DNA of 64,000 bases, taken from NCBI GenBank assembly GCA_030645735.1, contig JAUSNP010000006.1, forward strand, positions 68,095-132,094, given 5' to 3'. The notes beneath the pieces were generated by a model. That model saw nothing but the letters and a program-made list of their open reading frames with translations. It searched no databases and was not told the origin of the DNA. This stretch comes from Candidatus Moraniibacteriota bacterium. GTDB lineage: Bacteria > Patescibacteriota > Minisyncoccia > Moranbacterales > UBA2206. Within the stretch, counting starts at the first letter, position 1; the number at the start of each line of letters is the position of its first letter. This document shows, piece after piece, positions 44,712 through 52,924 of the stretch. The translations under genes and the position numbers were made by a program.

Positions 44712-46283
44712 ATGAAAACCAATAAAAAAATCGTGGGGGCGATGACAGTTTTTGTCATGTCTTTTGCAGTTACGAGTGCAACTTGCTCAGCAGAGGATGT
44801 TGTGACTACGGATGTGGCAGTAAATAATATTGCGAGTAATGCCGGCATCTCATATAGTAGACTCAATCTAACGGATAAAATCGTTTCATCTGATATTAAA
44901 AACAGCACAATCACAGGAGCTGATATTAAACGGGGTGCTGTGAGTAGTGGGGATATAAAAAATCGAACTATTGCTTCAATTGATATCGAAAAAGGAGCCA
45001 TTAAAAGTGGTAGCATTGCAGATGATTCTATAGGTAATGATAAATTGAAAGAAGATGCTGTAACTTCGGATAAGATTCAAGACGGCGCAATCGTAACTGG
45101 AGACATTGCAACTGACACTATTTTGGCAGGCAACATTGCGACTGGCGCAATTGGCACAGCTGAAATTCTGGATGGCACGATTCTGGATGCTGACATTAGT
45201 CCTGCTGCAGCCATTGCTTATAGCAAATTACTGTTTGCTAATAATATAGTTGCTGGAGATATCGCAACTGGGGCTGTTGCCACAGATGAAATTCTAGATG
45301 GAACAATTTTGACTGGAGACATTGCTGCCGACACTATTTTAGCAGGCAACATTGCGACTGGGGCAATCGGCACAGCTGAAATTTTAGATGGTACGATTTT
45401 AGGAAGCGACATTGCCAATACTACTATTGCCGCAGCTAATATAGTGGCTGACACTATTGACGGAGCTCAGCTAGCTGACACGATCACATTAGATGCTAAT
45501 CTAGTTTTGAATGGCGCCAATGTGACCGGTAATGGCACTCTTGGTGAAGTTGGCTCGCGTTGGTCAACAATTTATGCTGACACTTTGAATTATTCAAGCG
45601 CTATTGCAGATGATAATTCAGCCAACACAACTGTTGCTTTCGGAGATAATAGCACAAGTGATGCAGTGAATATTACAGCTAATACAACCATTACTGATGC
45701 GGAATGGTCAATTTCGAATGCAGGTGTTGCCACATTTGCTTCGATAGACGGTGTTGTTGGGTCAATAACTCCTGCCGCTGGTTCATTTACGACACTCTCG
45801 GCGACAGGCGCGTTGACAACTGGTGACATCACTGCTTATGGTGCAACTGCAAATAATAACCTAACTGTTAATGGCAAAGGAACTGGCAGTGTGAATTTGG
45901 GTGATGCGGATAGTGACGTTTCAGTTATAAATGCTTTGACGATTGGAAATAGCGCCACCATTACTGCTGGCGGATTGATAATTACAGCTGGTGGGTTGGA
46001 TATGACTGGCGATTCCATAACCAATGTTACGCAAGTCGGTGATTCCAATGATAATTTGGCAATTACAGGTGATGACTGGGATGTTACAAATGGTGGAGTT
46101 GCTACATTTAAAGGTTTGACTTCGACTAGCGCTGTTGATTTAGATGGGGCATCTTCAGTTAGTGTGCCAGCTGCGACATTGGGCGGGGCATGCTCAGTTT
46201 CTGGTGCAATTGGTGTCAATCCAGCTGGAAATGCAGGTGAGAGAATAATGGTTTGTAATGGAGCTAATTGGTTGGCAAATTAA
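44712..46283 (+). CDS. secreted repeat protein (probable beta-helical surface protein/adhesin) with C-terminal Cys loop
   Basis: Signal peptide. Dozens of ~10-aa x-I-x-x-G-D-I-x-x-x repeats. Internal ~105-bp tandem DNA repeats at 45098-45414. C-terminal CSVSGAIGVNPAGNAGERIMVCNGANW. Confidence 0.55.
   Translation: MKTNKKIVGAMTVFVMSFAVTSATCSAEDVVTTDVAVNNIASNAGISYSRLNLTDKIVSSDIKNSTITGADIKRGAVSSGDIKNRTIASIDIEKGAIKSGSIADDSIGNDKLKEDAVTSDKIQDGAIVTGDIATDTILAGNIATGAIGTAEILDGTILDADISPAAAIAYSKLLFANNIVAGDIATGAVATDEILDGTILTGDIAADTILAGNIATGAIGTAEILDGTILGSDIANTTIAAANIVADTIDGAQLADTITLDANLVLNGANVTGNGTLGEVGSRWSTIYADTLNYSSAIADDNSANTTVAFGDNSTSDAVNITANTTITDAEWSISNAGVATFASIDGVVGSITPAAGSFTTLSATGALTTGDITAYGATANNNLTVNGKGTGSVNLGDADSDVSVINALTIGNSATITAGGLIITAGGLDMTGDSITNVTQVGDSNDNLAITGDDWDVTNGGVATFKGLTSTSAVDLDGASSVSVPAATLGGACSVSGAIGVNPAGNAGERIMVCNGANWLAN
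45098..45414 (+). repeat. intragenic tandem repeats (~105-bp units, about 3 copies) inside the surface repeat protein gene
   Basis: 45098-45200 and 45311-45414 are about 88% identical, and the middle unit has diverged. Confidence 0.7.
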
Positions 46284-46305
46284 TATAAATCTACTTCACA
46301 TTGGA

Positions 46306-46340
46306 AAAAACAATCCGCCATATAAGCGGATTGTTTTTTT
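46306..46340 (+). terminator. rho-independent terminator
   Basis: AACAATCCGCCATATAAGCGGATTGTTTTTTT. Confidence 0.8.
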
Positions 46341-46365
46341 GTTATTTTTGAGGTAAAATTGATGT

Positions 46366-46971
46366 ATGAGTAAAAGAGTCATAAGTGTGACTGTAATCCT
46401 AGTGATCATTATTGTCAGCGCTATTGCGTATAGTATTTTTTTGTTTTCAAAAAAAGATTTTTTGGGCTGGAGATTGAACTTAGGTGTTACCAAGATTGAA
46501 ACGAGTGAGTATAAGGGGCTTGCTCCGAATATCAATTTCAAATATTCAAAAATCTTTGAAATTGACTCTGATGTTGACAAGAAATATGGCGTAGGTTATG
46601 TAGTTGGATTGAAATTGAAAACTGACAATCGGACAGGTTGCGACATTCGAATCGGTGGACCAGAATTAGATTTCTCAAAAGATTCTCAATCACTGGCTGA
46701 TAGCATTGTTGGTCCAATTAAAGAAAAAGCCAAGAATTTTGATTTAATTGAAAAAACTAAAACTAAGATTGGTGGCCAGGATGCTCTTGAGATTTCATTT
46801 TCATTTCTAGATCCAATCGGAGCCAGAATTAGGCTTGATCAGATTTTTGTTAAAGATGGTGATAATAATTTTATTATTATTTGTGGCACAGGTGAATATC
46901 CATATGAATTTTTCAAAAAAGACTTCCGCTCATTCTATAATTCAATAGATTTCAATTCAAAAATTAATTAA
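46366..46971 (+). CDS. hypothetical membrane-anchored protein
   Basis: N-terminal TM helix followed by a ~170-aa extracytoplasmic domain. Confidence 0.45.
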   Translation: MSKRVISVTVILVIIIVSAIAYSIFLFSKKDFLGWRLNLGVTKIETSEYKGLAPNINFKYSKIFEIDSDVDKKYGVGYVVGLKLKTDNRTGCDIRIGGPELDFSKDSQSLADSIVGPIKEKAKNFDLIEKTKTKIGGQDALEISFSFLDPIGARIRLDQIFVKDGDNNFIIICGTGEYPYEFFKKDFRSFYNSIDFNSKIN

Positions 46972-46985
46972 TCAAAAGTAAAAAA

Positions 46986-47513
46986 ATGCAAGAAACAACT
47001 ATCAATTTAAGAAATTCCACCAGGCCTAGCCAAACAGGTGTTGGTGGTGAAAACACGCCAGTAACTGAAAAGAAACGAGGTAAGGGTCGAGTAATGCTTA
47101 TTTTGTTTATAATTATAATTATTGCGGGTGGCGCATTTGGTTTTTTGAAGTATAAAAAAGAAAACAATAGAGGAGGTAGCAAGGGCAGTTTCATCGATTC
47201 TTCCAAATATCAAGCCGTTTTTTTGCCTAATGGACAGGTCTATTTTGGAAAAGTTTCACAGGAGCGAGAAAGTTTTGTTCATCTATCAGAGGTCTATTAT
47301 TTGGTAAATAATGCGGGATTGCAAAAACAAACTGCTGAAACTGGAAATGCCAATGATGCAACTAAGCCAAATTCGGATTACTCCCTCATTAAGCTAGGTA
47401 ATGAGCTCCATGGCCCAGAAAGTATGGAAATTAATCGTGACCAAATTTTGTTTATTGAAAATTTGAGTAATGATTCCAAGTTGGTGAATGCTATTAAAAA
47501 TATGCAAAAATAG
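46986..47513 (+). CDS. hypothetical membrane-anchored protein
   Basis: Basic N-terminus, one TM helix, extracytoplasmic domain. Confidence 0.45.
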   Translation: MQETTINLRNSTRPSQTGVGGENTPVTEKKRGKGRVMLILFIIIIIAGGAFGFLKYKKENNRGGSKGSFIDSSKYQAVFLPNGQVYFGKVSQERESFVHLSEVYYLVNNAGLQKQTAETGNANDATKPNSDYSLIKLGNELHGPESMEINRDQILFIENLSNDSKLVNAIKNMQK

Positions 47514-47514
47514 T

Positions 47515-47937
47515 ATGAAAATATTTATTAAAGTCGTCGCGACATTAGTTATATTTTCTGGCGGAGTGCTAATTGGTCACTATTTGTTTCCCAAGAAAGC
47601 TATTGAAATTAAGGACAGTGCCAGCGAGATATGCAATATCCCTAAGAAAGATGATGGCGCAATTGTTTTTGACACGGAAAATCAAAGAATTAGAACTGGA
47701 ATGAAACTAAACCTTTTGCAAGATTATATTAATTTTGTTTTTTTGCCAAAAGAAGAAGTGAGTGATCCCAAACAGTATACGGATATGATGTTGAGCAAGG
47801 TGTCAGCCATAAAAGACGAAGAGTTGTCGAATAAATTTTATGCTACGGGCACAGAAAATGAAGGTGAGCGAGAAAAGAACATCTTGGATTTTATAAACGC
47901 AGTCACTGAGAGCGTCAAAAAGGAGTTGAATAAATAA
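47515..47937 (+). CDS. hypothetical membrane-anchored protein
   Basis: MKIFIKVVATLVIFSGGVLIG TM helix. ATG 47515 immediately follows the upstream stop. Confidence 0.4.
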   Translation: MKIFIKVVATLVIFSGGVLIGHYLFPKKAIEIKDSASEICNIPKKDDGAIVFDTENQRIRTGMKLNLLQDYINFVFLPKEEVSDPKQYTDMMLSKVSAIKDEELSNKFYATGTENEGEREKNILDFINAVTESVKKELNK

Positions 47938-47944
47938 TTGTCTA

Positions 47945-48424
47945 TTGGGAATGAAAATATTTAACCTATCTTTTGAAAAATCAGTTGGCGCAGTGGTATT
48001 TCGCGAGTCTGAAAACGGCGAGAAAGAATTTTTGCTATTGCATTACCCCGGTGGTTATTGGGATTTTCCCAAAGGTCATATGGAGAAAGGTGAGACTGAA
48101 GAACAGACCTTGGAGCGGGAAGTTGCTGAGGAATCAGGCATCAATGATTTGATTATCATCCCTGGATTTAGGGATTCAATGCGTTATCATTATGTTGCTA
48201 AAGGCGCTGAAAAAGAGGAACGTATATTGGAAGGAAGAGGTTTGAGTATTTTTAAAAAGGTTATTTATTATTTGGCTGAAACAAAAAGAACAGATATCGT
48301 TATTTCAGAAGAACATATCGGATCTGGTTGGTTTAGCTATGAGGACGCTTTAGCTAAAATAGTTTACGAAAATGGTAAAATAATTATGAGAAAAGCAGGT
48401 GAATTTTTAGAAAAATTATCCTAA
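47945..48424 (+). CDS. NUDIX hydrolase (second copy)
   Basis: Nudix box GHMEKGETEEQTLEREVAEESGI. Confidence 0.75.
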   Translation: MGMKIFNLSFEKSVGAVVFRESENGEKEFLLLHYPGGYWDFPKGHMEKGETEEQTLEREVAEESGINDLIIIPGFRDSMRYHYVAKGAEKEERILEGRGLSIFKKVIYYLAETKRTDIVISEEHIGSGWFSYEDALAKIVYENGKIIMRKAGEFLEKLS

Positions 48425-48432
48425 AACAACAT

Positions 48433-48468
48433 AGAGACGCCCCGCCGGGGCGTCTCTACGGGGAGACG
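48433..48468 (+). promoter_or_regulatory. GC-rich overlapping alternative hairpins upstream of secD
   Basis: AGAGACGCCCCGCCGGGGCGTCTCT forms an 11-bp stem. Its 3' arm CGTCTC can alternatively pair with the downstream GAGACG. Confidence 0.35.
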
Positions 48469-48506
48469 TTGCCATGTTTACCGGTATAATGTAAAATAAA
48501 CATACT

Positions 48507-50207
48507 ATGACATTCAAACAAAAACTTTCAATTAAATTTGCATCAGTGATTTTGATGGCTCTTATGGCGGGGCTTATTTCCTATCCCAAGGCGGTTTCCA
48601 AAATTCCGCCAGTTTATAATGCCTTGAATAAGCTAAAAATAAATCTTGGGTTGGATTTGCAAGGCGGGATCCATTTGGAATATAAGGCTGACACAAGCAA
48701 AATTGAAAGTGGCAAGGTGGATGAGGCTATGCAGGCTGTGCAAGATGTGATTGAAAGACGCGTCAATGCATTTGGTGTGGCTGAGCCAGTGATTTATACA
48801 ACCAAATCTGGCACGGAAAGGCGATTGATCGTTGAATTGGCGGGTGTGAAAGATATCTCTCAGGCCAAAAATTTGATCAAAGAAACTCCATTTTTGGAAT
48901 TCAAAGAAGAAGGAGCGCCGGACACATCTAAGGATATTCCACAAGAGTTTTTGGATAAGATGAATGTGCAAGCTAAGCAAAAAGCGGAAGATCTTTTGAA
49001 AAAGGCTTTGGCAGGAGAAGACTTCGCTCAATTGGCTAAAGACAATAGTGAGGATCCAGGGAGTAAGGATAACGGCGGTGATTTAGACTTTGTGAAAAAA
49101 GGTGCTTTTGTGCCAGAATTTGATAAAGTTTTGTTCGAAGGCAATTTGAAAGACGGAGAAATCAATAGTCAGTTAGTGGAAACACAATTTGGTTGGCATA
49201 TTATTAAAAAAATTGAACAGCGCGGTGAAGGCGATGGTTTGGAAGTCCATGGTGCGCACATCTTGATTGCCAAAAAAAGCAACCCCGCTCCGCAGCAAAG
49301 CTATGTGGCCACTGGTCTTTCTGGCAAAAATTTGAAAAGCGCCACAGTTGAATTTCAAAGTCAGGGACTTTCAGAGCCACAAGTGTCTTTGAAATTTGAT
49401 GATGAGGGGACTCAGATGTTTGCTGATTTGACCAAGAAAAATATTGGTAAAAGTGTCGCAATATATCTGGATGGAAAAATTATTAGCGCGCCAACTGTGC
49501 AGGCTGAAATTACTACTGGTGAAGCGGTGATTACAGGAAACTTCTCAATTGATGAAGCGAAAAATTTAGTTAAAAAATTGAATGAAGGTGCACTTCCTGT
49601 GCCAATCAATTTGATTAGTCAGGAAAGTGTGGATGCCTCATTGGGAGGTGCCTCATTGGAAACTAGTTTGAAGGCTGGCTATATTGGTTTGGGATTAGTT
49701 GTGATTTTTATGCTACTTTATTATCGCTTCCTTGGACTCATCGCTTCAGTGGCCTTGCTTATTTATGCGGGGCTGATGATTTCTATTTTCAAACTTTCTA
49801 GTTTTACTCCTTGGCAAATCACCCTGACTCTGCCTGGTATTGCGGGATTTATTTTGTCGATTGGTATGGCAGTGGATGCTAATATTTTGATTTTCGAAAG
49901 AACCAAGGAGGAAATTCGCAAAGGACGCAGTATTTTAGGAGCCTTGGATGAAGGTTTCAAACGCGCTTGGACATCAATTCGCGATGGAAATCTCTCTTCA
50001 ATTATCACATCTGTGATTTTGATTGAACTTGGAACTGGATTTGTAAAAGGTTTCGCGGTGACTTTGATTGTTGGAGTTTTGCTTTCCATGTTTACAGCCG
50101 TAGTAGTTTCCCGCACGATGTTGAAGTTCATTCTCGGCGAATGGATTTTGGACAAATTGTGGCTGGTTGGCGTGAACAAAAAAGATGTCGCTGAAATTAA
50201 AAAATAA
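48507..50207 (+). CDS. secD: protein translocase subunit SecD with an embedded parvulin-type PPIase domain
   Basis: TM1, then the parvulin-like segment EDFAQLAKDNSEDPGSKDNGGDLDFVKKGAFVPEFDKVLF...SQLVETQFGWHIIK, then the canonical SecD P1 head (IYLDGKIISAPTVQAEITTGEAVITGNF) and six C-terminal TM helices. Confidence 0.9.
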   Translation: MTFKQKLSIKFASVILMALMAGLISYPKAVSKIPPVYNALNKLKINLGLDLQGGIHLEYKADTSKIESGKVDEAMQAVQDVIERRVNAFGVAEPVIYTTKSGTERRLIVELAGVKDISQAKNLIKETPFLEFKEEGAPDTSKDIPQEFLDKMNVQAKQKAEDLLKKALAGEDFAQLAKDNSEDPGSKDNGGDLDFVKKGAFVPEFDKVLFEGNLKDGEINSQLVETQFGWHIIKKIEQRGEGDGLEVHGAHILIAKKSNPAPQQSYVATGLSGKNLKSATVEFQSQGLSEPQVSLKFDDEGTQMFADLTKKNIGKSVAIYLDGKIISAPTVQAEITTGEAVITGNFSIDEAKNLVKKLNEGALPVPINLISQESVDASLGGASLETSLKAGYIGLGLVVIFMLLYYRFLGLIASVALLIYAGLMISIFKLSSFTPWQITLTLPGIAGFILSIGMAVDANILIFERTKEEIRKGRSILGALDEGFKRAWTSIRDGNLSSIITSVILIELGTGFVKGFAVTLIVGVLLSMFTAVVVSRTMLKFILGEWILDKLWLVGVNKKDVAEIKK

Positions 50208-50214
50208 TAAAATA

Positions 50215-50296
50215 AACAGCACTTAAAGATAATTTATAACTTTATACTTCAGACTTCTTTTAGACTTTAGTATTTAGACTTTAGACTTGCAAATAT
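50215..50296. repeat. AT-rich upstream array of TAGACTTTA-like decamer repeats
   Basis: AACTTTATACTTCAGACTTCTTTTAGACTTTAGTATTTAGACTTTAGACTTG. Confidence 0.6.
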
Positions 50297-51196
50297 ATGT
50301 TTAATATTATTTCCAAAACTAAATACGCATACATCTTCTCAATAACTTTGACGGTTTTGAGCGTGGCTAGTCTGGCTGTGTGGGGATTGAAGTTCGGCAT
50401 TGATTTCACAGGTGGAACAGTGATGGAAATCAAATTTGCCAATACGATGCCGGCCAATCAAGAAATTGTTGATACATTGAAGGATTTGAATTTGAACAGC
50501 TTGACCGTGCAAGGCAAGGGAACCGAATCATTGCTTCTAAGCTATGCCTCAGTGGATGACAGTATCAATCAAAATGTTTGGAAAACTATCAGTGATAAAT
50601 ATCCAGAATCAACTCAGCTCAAGGCTGACTATCGTGACTCATCTGTTTCATCTGAATTGAAAACTAAATCACTTTGGGCACTGTTTTGGGCAGCCGCTGG
50701 TATCATGGCTTTCATTGCGTGGGCTTTTCGCAAGGTTTCCCGACCAGTTGCGTCTTGGAAATATGGCGCAGGTGCAGTAATTGCGCTTTTGCATGATGTT
50801 CTGATTACAATTGGCGCTTTCTCAATTCTAGGTCATTTCCAGGGAGTTGAAGTGGGAATTCCATTTATTGCTGCTTTGTTAACAATCCTTGGATTTTCGG
50901 TGCATGACACGATTGTAGTGTATGATCGCACGCGTGAAAATCTTTTGAAAGGTTCAGCCAAAGAAGCTTTTCCGGATGTGGTCAATCGCAGTTTGAATGA
51001 AACATTGGTGCGTTCCATCAACACTTCAATGACTGTAATCATCACCCTGTTGTCACTCTACATTTTTGGAGGTGAATCAATCAAGGACTTTGCTTTGGCT
51101 CTTTTGATTGGTGTATCATTCGGGACATATTCATCCGTCTTCATCGCTTCGGCGTTGTTGGTGACGAGTTATGAAATGCAATTGAAAAATAAATAA
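50297..51196 (+). CDS. secF: protein translocase subunit SecF
   Basis: GIDFTGGTVMEIKF, with a 6-TM SecF profile. Confidence 0.9.
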   Translation: MFNIISKTKYAYIFSITLTVLSVASLAVWGLKFGIDFTGGTVMEIKFANTMPANQEIVDTLKDLNLNSLTVQGKGTESLLLSYASVDDSINQNVWKTISDKYPESTQLKADYRDSSVSSELKTKSLWALFWAAAGIMAFIAWAFRKVSRPVASWKYGAGAVIALLHDVLITIGAFSILGHFQGVEVGIPFIAALLTILGFSVHDTIVVYDRTRENLLKGSAKEAFPDVVNRSLNETLVRSINTSMTVIITLLSLYIFGGESIKDFALALLIGVSFGTYSSVFIASALLVTSYEMQLKNK

Positions 51197-51232
51197 TAAA
51201 TTTCTACCAACTACAAACTAAAAACTAATAAT

Positions 51233-51487
51233 ATGTGGAATCCATTCAAAAAAAATTCAGCTAACGATGATGATGCTGACGCCAAAAGTCCCAAGATGGG
51301 TATGATGCAAGCGATGGCAATGAAAAAAATGGCCAAGATGAGTCCGCAAGAGCGTCAGAAAATGATGCAAGAAGCTATGAAGCCAGAAAATCGCGACAAA
51401 ATCATGGGTGTGATGAGTGCCATGAAAGCCTCCGGCCAAGTGACCGACGAACAAATCGCACAAGCCAAGAAAATGTTAGGAATGTAA
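51233..51487 (+). CDS. Met-rich small protein (hypothetical)
   Basis: 84 aa, about 20% Met (MGMMQAMAMKKMAKM...KMMQEAMK). Confidence 0.4.
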   Translation: MWNPFKKNSANDDDADAKSPKMGMMQAMAMKKMAKMSPQERQKMMQEAMKPENRDKIMGVMSAMKASGQVTDEQIAQAKKMLGM

Positions 51488-51495
51488 AAATATTT

Positions 51496-51924
51496 ATGGG
51501 AAATCCTTTTGAAAGAGCTGTCGAAGAGCCGAAAAAACGAGATGAAATGCTCGAGGATTTTTTAGTTGATGTTGAAGGGATTTTTGATGGTTTGATAAAT
51601 GGTGTTGACAAGAGTGTTTTGCGAAGAAAGTTTGGTAGATTCTTTGAAGAAAGTAAAAAAGAAAAGGTTGATTTTAATTTTGCACAAAACCTAATGGAAG
51701 CAAATGCTCGTCTTTGTGAATGGCTGGAACAAGGAGGTCTAGAAGTAGAAATGAAAGTTAAACATGGCGGTCTGGAAAATGCTTACTACGAAGAAGATCT
51801 TAATCAAAGTAAAATATCTGCAATTCATGCTTCAGTAGAAACATTTATTGCAGATTATGTTGGAAAAATAGAGAGAATTAAAAAACTAAAAGAGTTGGCG
51901 GAAAAGATAAAATCAGAAGAATAG
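51496..51924 (+). CDS. hypothetical protein
   Basis: 142-aa acidic ORF. Confidence 0.45.
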   Translation: MGNPFERAVEEPKKRDEMLEDFLVDVEGIFDGLINGVDKSVLRRKFGRFFEESKKEKVDFNFAQNLMEANARLCEWLEQGGLEVEMKVKHGGLENAYYEEDLNQSKISAIHASVETFIADYVGKIERIKKLKELAEKIKSEE

Positions 51925-51962
51925 ATAGAATCATAATAAAATCAAATCGAACTTTCATGAAA

Positions 51963-51988
51963 TCCCAGCTTATTTAGCTGGTTTTTTG
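51963..51988 (+). terminator. rho-independent terminator
   Basis: CCAGCTTATTTAGCTGG followed by TTTTTTG. Confidence 0.65.
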
Positions 51989-52013
51989 ATGGGTTAACGA
52001 CATTTTGGTTTTG

Positions 52014-52022
52014 TGCTATAAT
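52014..52022 (+). promoter_or_regulatory. extended -10 promoter TGcTATAAT ending 6 nt before ATG 52029 (likely leaderless por mRNA)
   Basis: TGCTATAAT at 52014-52022 and ATG at 52029. Confidence 0.5.
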
Positions 52023-52028
52023 ACATTT

Positions 52029-52610
52029 ATGAAATATCATAAAGACATATTTGAAATAATTTTCCATGCGCGAGGTGGGCAGGGTGCCAAGACGGCAGCC
52101 GAGATCATCGCACAGGCGGCGGTGAACGAAGGCAAATTCGTGCAGGCTTTTCCGCAATTCGGACCAGAGCGCAGTGGTGCCCCAACCAAGACCTTTGTGC
52201 GCATTTCTGACCATGAAATCAGGACTCACGAGCCAGTGATTGATCCGGATGTAGTGGTGGTTTTGGATGAAACTATTTTGGATTCTGAAATTGTCACAAC
52301 CAATCTCGATCGTCATGAATCCTTGATTGTGGCCACCAAAAAGACTGATATGCAAATCCGCCACAAGATTGCTGAGCGAGCCAAATTTGAAGGCAAGATT
52401 CATCCAATTGATGCCAATGGCATTTCCATGGAAATTGTGGGTCAACCAAGACCCAACACGGTGATTCTTGGCAAATTCGTGCAAGTGACGGAAATCGTGG
52501 AATTGAAAAGTGTGATTGAGGAATTCAAAAGAATTTTTGGTGACAAAATTGGCAAAGAAGCGACTGATAAAAATATATTAGCTATTGAAAAAGCATATGA
52601 CTCAATCTAG
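52029..52610 (+). CDS. porC: pyruvate/2-oxoacid:ferredoxin oxidoreductase gamma subunit
   Basis: IFHARGGQGAKTAAEIIAQAA...FPQFGPERSGAP is the POR gamma signature. Confidence 0.85.
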   Translation: MKYHKDIFEIIFHARGGQGAKTAAEIIAQAAVNEGKFVQAFPQFGPERSGAPTKTFVRISDHEIRTHEPVIDPDVVVVLDETILDSEIVTTNLDRHESLIVATKKTDMQIRHKIAERAKFEGKIHPIDANGISMEIVGQPRPNTVILGKFVQVTEIVELKSVIEEFKRIFGDKIGKEATDKNILAIEKAYDSI

Positions 52611-52905
52611 TGAAAAAAAATTTGATTTTGAAGAAGCGGCGGTCATCAAACATGACATCAAAAAGGCACCCAAAACCGGTGACTGGCGTTATATGACTCC
52701 GCAAGTGGACAAAGAAAAATGCATCGGTTGCACGACTTGTGTGCCGTTTTGTCCGGATGCTGCGATTGAAATGGAAAGTCGTGGAACGCAAAACGTGGAA
52801 CGCAAAACGCGTTATGCGAAAATTGATTATGATTTCTGCAAGGGTTGTGGTGTTTGCGCGCAAGTGTGTCCGGTCAAAGCAATTGCAATGGAGAAAAATA
52901 AATAA
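52597..52905 (+). CDS. porD: POR delta subunit (2x[4Fe-4S] ferredoxin)
   Basis: CIGCTTCVPFCP and CKGCGVCAQVCP. Confidence 0.8.
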   Translation: MTQSSEKKFDFEEAAVIKHDIKKAPKTGDWRYMTPQVDKEKCIGCTTCVPFCPDAAIEMESRGTQNVERKTRYAKIDYDFCKGCGVCAQVCPVKAIAMEKNK

Positions 52906-52924
52906 TTCGACCAAGAAGATTCGT

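Noticed and set aside
52739-52924. 5' extension of the porA ORF overlapping porD
   Set aside because: The extension is out-of-frame shadow sequence over porD. The conserved POR alpha N-terminus starts at ATG 52925.
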